From the IMG/VR virus record IMGVR_UViG_3300020156_000368: a DNA stretch of 20,000 nt; one strand, given 5' to 3'. A program made the translations under genes and the position numbers. The DNA is from an uncultured virus (IMG/VR IMGVR_UViG_3300020156_000368). Taxonomy: Duplodnaviria > Heunggongvirae > Uroviricota > Caudoviricetes. The notes beneath the pieces are model-generated. The model searched no databases. It had not been told where the DNA came from and worked only from the letters and a program-made list of their open reading frames with translations. Of the stretch, positions 15,965-20,000 are shown piece by piece. How positions within the stretch are numbered: the stretch's first letter is position 1; each line of letters starts with the position of its first letter.

Positions 15965-16498
15965 ATGAGAGTGATGCGGCGAAATAATACACAGTGTATG
16001 AGTTGCGAAGAAGGCAAAGTGACTCAGATGTATTCGTTTGAAGACAGTTTCTACGCGAACTGCTCGTTATGCGGCTTTCAAGCTTCTGGACAGCACCTGC
16101 GTAAGCACAAACTGCTGCAAGCAGAAGCACCGCTTGAAAACGAGCACGTAATCGCATCCATTCGCGAATGGGCTGGAGAGCTTAGCCTTTTGTGCGATTT
16201 GGAAGTGCATACAGAGCTTTCTCCCCAGGTTCGGACCCCAACGTTTGCTATCCACGCCTATCTTCGCTGCTTAACCCCTGATTGGAGCTACCGTTACTTT
16301 GATCTATTTAGAATGGGTCTTGTATACGATAACATTTTAGATACGTCTATTGCCTATACGCATGAACTCATTCCAGAACCACTCCCAAAGACCGAAACAG
16401 GGCTTCAAGAGTTTCTTTATGAGACCGCTCATGATATTTTAGAGATGGACGACGAAGATATCTGGTGGAGAACGCTTCCACGGTGGAGAGTAAGATGA
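15965..16498 (+). CDS. Paralogue-array protein 9 with an N-terminal Zn-ribbon fusion
   Basis: CMSCEEG...CSLCG, then REWAGELSLLCD ... GLQEFLYETAHDILEM. Confidence 0.7.
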   Translation: MRVMRRNNTQCMSCEEGKVTQMYSFEDSFYANCSLCGFQASGQHLRKHKLLQAEAPLENEHVIASIREWAGELSLLCDLEVHTELSPQVRTPTFAIHAYLRCLTPDWSYRYFDLFRMGLVYDNILDTSIAYTHELIPEPLPKTETGLQEFLYETAHDILEMDDEDIWWRTLPRWRVR

Positions 16499-16626
16499 TT
16501 ATTAAACTTGTCCCTTTTCTATTTGTAATTTACGGCATATGCGAGATGGCAATGTTTATCTTTAGGTCCATTTGGTTTCAGCATGCCATGGGTTATTTAA
16601 AAGGCAGAATTAAATGCATTCTATAA
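16495..16626 (+). CDS. Small membrane protein (43 aa)
   Basis: Not in the track: MIIKLVPFLFVIYGICEMAMFIFRSIWFQHAMGYLKGRIKCIL; ATGA overlap, bridges the gap to the next gene. Confidence 0.5.
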   Translation: MIIKLVPFLFVIYGICEMAMFIFRSIWFQHAMGYLKGRIKCIL

Positions 16627-16979
16627 AAGACAAGCAGTTTGAGTACATAGACCGCATCTTCACCGAATGGGCGCAAGAAATGGAGTTTCTCGCAGGTCTT
16701 AAGACAGTTTACCGCGCTGCGGACATGAATGAAGCTCTAGTAATTGATATCCACCAGAGCAATTACGTCTCATTTTGCCCTTTTTGGATGGAGTATCATC
16801 CCGTGCGACTTGGCTATGTCTTTAACGGAAACGACAGGTTCTCAATAGTTCGAGATGCACGATTAAATAGGGAATTAATTGAGAGGGAAATCCGCAAAAT
16901 CGCTCATAGTATCCTAAAAAACCTTGATGATCTGCCTTGGGAAGATAATTCATGGATGGAGTACCTGGAAATTGACTAA
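16614..16979 (+). CDS. Paralogue-array protein 10
   Basis: TEWAQEMEFLAG ... LIEREIRKIAHSILKNL. Confidence 0.75.
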   Translation: MHSIKDKQFEYIDRIFTEWAQEMEFLAGLKTVYRAADMNEALVIDIHQSNYVSFCPFWMEYHPVRLGYVFNGNDRFSIVRDARLNRELIEREIRKIAHSILKNLDDLPWEDNSWMEYLEID

Positions 16980-17283
16980 AAACGAGTTTGAGCAGATAAT
17001 GCAAGACTATATCAGTGAATTAACCTTCATTACGGGACTCATTTTTCATGGCTATTTTAATACGTTCTCTCGTGGCAGTAAATACTATGTGAATATTATA
17101 TCTCGTTTTAATAAAACAGTCTTTTCTATTACTCTGCATTCTGATTGTTTGATTTTTAATTATTTTAATCCAAATATCCAAAAGGCTATCTTAAGAACAG
17201 GCGACAAGTTACACGATTTCCTTGAAAACGAGACCAAAGACATCATCAATCATATAGAAAGGCAGTGCGGATTTCATGTCTGA
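16972..17283 (+). CDS. Paralogue-array protein 11
   Basis: QDYISELTFITG ... KLHDFLENETKDIINHI; TTG 16972 preferred as start (GGAG upstream, 8 nt overlap). Confidence 0.7.
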   Translation: MTKNEFEQIMQDYISELTFITGLIFHGYFNTFSRGSKYYVNIISRFNKTVFSITLHSDCLIFNYFNPNIQKAILRTGDKLHDFLENETKDIINHIERQCGFHV

Positions 17284-17623
17284 CATGACAGACACGGAGC
17301 TTTTTGAAATTATAAACGAATACCGCGAAGAACTGAAGTTTGTCACAGACAAACGCATCATTCTTCATACTCGTAAGAAAAACAAAGACGAATATACTTC
17401 TATCGAAGTCTATACGGCTCCCGCTGATGCCGATCTAAGGGAGATACTGGCTACTGAAAAAGGGAAATACAGGCTTTTATGGTGCGATATAGGCAGAAAT
17501 ATCATTCTTCGTACCCCGAATTATCCTGGTATCGTTATTCCTCGCAATTGCCCTGATAAATTAAGAAAGTATTTAGAAGATATGTCAAAAACTCACTTAA
17601 AGATGCTGCACGACGATGTTTAA
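17276..17623 (+). CDS. Paralogue-array protein 12
   Basis: NEYREELKFVTD ... KLRKYLEDMSKTHLKML. Confidence 0.72.
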   Translation: MSDMTDTELFEIINEYREELKFVTDKRIILHTRKKNKDEYTSIEVYTAPADADLREILATEKGKYRLLWCDIGRNIILRTPNYPGIVIPRNCPDKLRKYLEDMSKTHLKMLHDDV

Positions 17624-17915
17624 AAAACGAATTGCTGATAAATTAGAAAAAAGATTAAGTTCCAAAATGAAAGAAAAGCTTGTCGAACTCTATGAGCAGT
17701 ACGGTTCGGAGTGGGAATGGCAGGTGCAGATCAAGCACGGCGGATATCTAACAGAGCTTCGGTATCAATTAACGATGATTTCTTTAGACGAGAGCGACAA
17801 ATGGTACATGCCCACGTTCCCTAACTACCATCATAAATGGGATACTTATACGGAAATCATGATTAAAAACATCATCAAGCGCAATAATCCCAGCGGCAGG
17901 CAGTATTTAAATTAA
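17616..17915 (+). CDS. Hypothetical protein (not an array paralogue)
   Basis: 99 aa ORF coupled to its neighbours; lacks the array motifs. Confidence 0.6.
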   Translation: MFKKRIADKLEKRLSSKMKEKLVELYEQYGSEWEWQVQIKHGGYLTELRYQLTMISLDESDKWYMPTFPNYHHKWDTYTEIMIKNIIKRNNPSGRQYLN

Positions 17916-17916
17916 G

Positions 17917-18225
17917 ATGACAGATATCGAAATTTATCAACTATTAATGGAGTGGGGTGAAGAGCTAGAATTTCTCACAGGTCGCGAATTTACCATAGTT
18001 GAACTTTTGCAAGGTGGCGTGCTCATTGGCTACTCTATTCGGCTTTTACAGGGCGAAGAAGAAGTTGAAACTCTGCTCACGTGCCATGTTTATACGCAGC
18101 ATTACATCCCTATTTTTCTAAAGGGCGGCAATAACATGCTTCTTGAAAGAGAAGATCGTGACAAAGTTATAGAATTTCTTCACAATTACGCACAAATTCT
18201 TATTGGAGAGCTTTGCGAAGTCTAA
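17917..18225 (+). CDS. Paralogue-array protein 13
   Basis: MEWGEELEFLTG ... KVIEFLHNYAQILIGEL. Confidence 0.75.
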   Translation: MTDIEIYQLLMEWGEELEFLTGREFTIVELLQGGVLIGYSIRLLQGEEEVETLLTCHVYTQHYIPIFLKGGNNMLLEREDRDKVIEFLHNYAQILIGELCEV

Positions 18226-18710
18226 ATCCCCTGGCGCTTTAATTCAGAGAAATTAAAGCGAAATTCGCTGTGTTTTAGATCATATTCAAATACAATCTGC
18301 TCGAATTCGTCGGTTAATCTGTCTTTAACAGGCAAAAACAAAGTTCCTTGCCCTGATGGTCCATCTTCGTAGCGAAGCACCGATCCATCTTCAAGCTGCT
18401 GGTTATACAATGATTCATTGCCTTGCGAGAACCATCCGACATCTTTCTTTAGTCCCACAAGAAAGCTTTTTGCATAATGAGGACTCATAGGGAAGTTATA
18501 CTTTTCCAGCGTCTCCACGATAATTTTTCTAAGCGCATCGATATCATTATCATGTATGCGCGTAATGTGCGACAGAATCTCTTCGCGGCACATTCTCATG
18601 CGATTGATAGTATCTTGCGTGTGATCGATTGGCTCGTCCGAAAATAGCGCATCATCATTCGCATCCCATGCGTGGATATAGTGCTTGAAAAATTTATCTT
18701 TCCAGTTCAT
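18222..18710 (-). CDS. Hypothetical protein, N-terminus paralogous to 9624..10007
   Basis: MNWKDKFFKHYIHAWDANDDALFSDE; 162 aa. Confidence 0.7.
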   Translation of the reverse strand: MNWKDKFFKHYIHAWDANDDALFSDEPIDHTQDTINRMRMCREEILSHITRIHDNDIDALRKIIVETLEKYNFPMSPHYAKSFLVGLKKDVGWFSQGNESLYNQQLEDGSVLRYEDGPSGQGTLFLPVKDRLTDEFEQIVFEYDLKHSEFRFNFSELKRQGI

Positions 18711-18755
18711 ACCTGTGTTATTCTCGGTGCGCCCTAAGATTCCTTCGTGTGTAAG

Positions 18756-18841
18756 CCAGTGTATTCCAGTGTATGACCCAGTGTTTTAACCTAGTGGAAA
18801 TTGTAAAAATTTTTGCGGGATTTTTTGAGCCAGTGTTTTAA
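18756..18841 (+). repeat. CCAGTGT direct repeats (iteron-like)
   Basis: Copies at 18756, 18766, 18778 and 18830, plus degenerate CTAGTG at 18791. The 18778 and 18830 copies extend to CCAGTGTTTTAA. Confidence 0.75.
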
Positions 18842-18996
18842 AAAGGCGGTTTGAAAAAAGACCCCCTGGGGTGCTTAAAAAAATTTTCTGCGGAATTTTT
18901 GAAAAGTCATTCGCGGTTAAAGAGGCAAAAAGAGGACACCCTTTTTACGGGCTGGGACTCCTAATTTTAAGGGGTAGGGGGTGTTCCTAGGAAGCG

Positions 18997-19030
18997 TTGT
19001 AAATATTACAATACCCCTTGTAAATATTAC
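18997..19030. repeat. 2 x TTGTAAATATTAC, 21 bp apart (first copy an imperfect palindrome TTGTAA-ATA-TTACAA); operator-like
   Basis: 18997-19011 and 19018-19030. Confidence 0.7.
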
Positions 19031-19129
19031 GCATATGTTTGAAATATATACAAACGCGCTGCAATCGGCTTTATTTTGCATCTAAAGCGTTTTATTGCGT
19101 AGGTATATATTGAGCCGTATATAATAGCA

Positions 19130-19159
19130 AACCCCGCTAGCGGGGATTCTAGCGGGGTT
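19130..19159. terminator. GC-rich hairpin (terminator-like)
   Basis: AACCCCGCTAG-cggggatt-CTAGCGGGGTT; also contains the alternative palindrome CCCCGCTAGCGGGG. Confidence 0.55.
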
Positions 19160-19217
19160 GTCGGCTGGCTGGCTGGCTGTAGGTTCTAGCGGCTGGCGGC
19201 TGGCAATCTATAGGCAA

Positions 19218-19254
19218 GAGAAAACCCCGACACCAGCGGCGGCGTGTCGGGGTT
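19218..19254 (-). terminator. Rho-independent terminator downstream of the 19287..19757 gene
   Basis: AACCCCGACAC (19223-19233)/GTGTCGGGGTT (19244-19254) stem; on the - strand it runs into TTTTCTCTT. Confidence 0.65.
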
Positions 19255-19286
19255 GCTAACGTTGCCAGTATATTCAGCGGCTGGCG

Positions 19287-19757
19287 TTATGCCTCTGCAT
19301 ACAGGGCGGCAATGTCGGAACAATCGGCGCAAGCTGTACCCGAATCAATATTTGCGTTGCAGTACTGGCAAGCGGCGGGAGTGGTAGCGGCTGGCACGGG
19401 TTCTGTCCAGACTTCGGCGGCGGTTGCTGTCATAATCTCTTGCATAGCTTGCAAGGCTGTATCGGCTGAAACAAGCGGCGTTTCAGTTACAGCGGCGGTA
19501 ACGCTTGCGGCGGTATACTGTTCAAGGGCGGCGCGAATCTTAAACGGCAAGCATTTGCAAGCAATATCAAAGCATTCGGGATCAGTCATTTCCACCCCTT
19601 CGCCTTTGCGCTCAATTGCGCCCGTTTGCAGCAATTCCCCTAGCCATGCGATAACGGCATTAGCCACAAAAGCGGCGGCGGCTGTATGGGGATTAGCGGC
19701 GGATTCTGCTTTGATTTCTTCTAACGTGGGTTGCGCTTGCTTCGTTGCTTTGCTCAT
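19287..19757 (-). CDS. Ala/Thr-rich hypothetical protein with a C-terminal CxxC...CxxC Zn finger
   Basis: ATG 19757 preceded by AGGAAGGT; CQYC...CADC at the C-terminus; terminator downstream. Confidence 0.7.
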   Translation of the reverse strand: MSKATKQAQPTLEEIKAESAANPHTAAAAFVANAVIAWLGELLQTGAIERKGEGVEMTDPECFDIACKCLPFKIRAALEQYTAASVTAAVTETPLVSADTALQAMQEIMTATAAEVWTEPVPAATTPAACQYCNANIDSGTACADCSDIAALYAEA

Positions 19758-19830
19758 GTTCTTTATTACCTTCCTGAATAAGATTGTTGTATATATTCGG
19801 CGGCATGCTATCAATTCGCCCAGGCGGTGA

Positions 19831-19870
19831 AAAACAGGAAATTTCCCCGCCGTATTTCAGGCGGGGAATT
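19831..19870 (-). terminator. Terminator-like hairpin after the truncated gene
   Basis: TTCCCCGCC (19843-19851)/GGCGGGGAA (19860-19868), followed on the - strand by ATTTCCTGTTTTT. Confidence 0.55.
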
Positions 19871-19879
19871 CGGTTTGCC

Positions 19880-20000
19880 TTAGTTCAGACTTGCGCCCGA
19901 TAGCTGAAAGATTCGGGCAACGTTTCTATCCATTGAATCCCTGTCATCGGTATTGCCTAGAGTCTGGCTGTAGCGGGTAATTCCAGCGGCAAAACCCCAT
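19880..20000 (-). CDS. C-terminal end of a gene entering from the right; possibly DUF932-like
   Basis: Open frame WGFAAGITRYSQTLGNTDDRDSMDRNVARIFQLSGASLN* ending just before a terminator hairpin. The WGxxxGxTRxSQ...DxRxxxD pattern recalls DUF932-type C-termini (from memory, unverified). Confidence 0.4.
   Translation of the reverse strand, partial: WGFAAGITRYSQTLGNTDDRDSMDRNVARIFQLSGASLN

Noticed and set aside
13217..17004. Minus-strand ORFs within the array (13217, 13504, 13815, 15900, 16067, 16822)
   Set aside because: Antisense shadows of the coupled + strand paralogues.
12627..18225. Integron cassette array, DGR or CRISPR explanation for the paralogue array
   Set aside because: Genes overlap or abut with no attC-like spacers, no repeated DNA units, no TR/VR pair differing at adenines, and no integrase, RT or cas gene in the window.
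18756..18841. CRISPR array
   Set aside because: Repeats are 7-12 bp with 3-5 bp gaps, far too short.
19312..19830. 172 aa + strand ORF
   Set aside because: Antisense mirror of the Ala-rich - strand gene, which has the SD, Zn finger and terminator.
1..20000. Alternative genetic code (stop recoding) as in some large phages
   Set aside because: Code 11 gives dense coding, and TAA, TGA and TAG (e.g. 10735-10737, 18222-18224) all terminate genes at sensible positions.

Overview
This window looks like a 20 kb piece of a large (jumbo-type) bacteriophage genome read in standard code 11. It is AT-rich and densely coded, with many ATGA/GTGA gene overlaps, and I found no rRNA, tRNA, CRISPR array or transposase. 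Recognisable products are an M23 peptidase (truncated by the window), a stand-alone CoaC-like (HFCD) flavoprotein, a helicase-associated (HA) domain protein, two tandem PcfJ-like proteins, a secreted trypsin-like protease, an ADP-ribosyltransferase-fold protein and an orphan MbcA/ParS/Xre-type antitoxin C-terminal domain. The main feature is a 5.6 kb co-oriented array (12627-18225) of 13 divergent paralogous small proteins (12 of about 100-120 aa, one 177 aa Zn-ribbon fusion). They share an N-terminal [WY]xxE-h-x-[FYL]-h-x-[GD] helix and a C-terminal L-x-x-[YF]-L helix around a variable core, and the orphan antitoxin and small membrane proteins are interleaved among them; this is a candidate anti-defence or host-interaction gene battery. 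A conserved promoter-like motif WGAATW-N16-GTA occurs 8 times in intergenic DNA. Six copies form three back-to-back divergent pairs, and five copies end 5-6 nt before an ATG, suggesting leaderless mRNAs. There are also two structured intergenic RNA candidates (about 11470-11645 and 12045-12091) and a repeat-rich non-coding region (18725-19286) at a compositional switch that may be an origin or genome-end region. Family assignments come from motif recognition by eye, not database searches.
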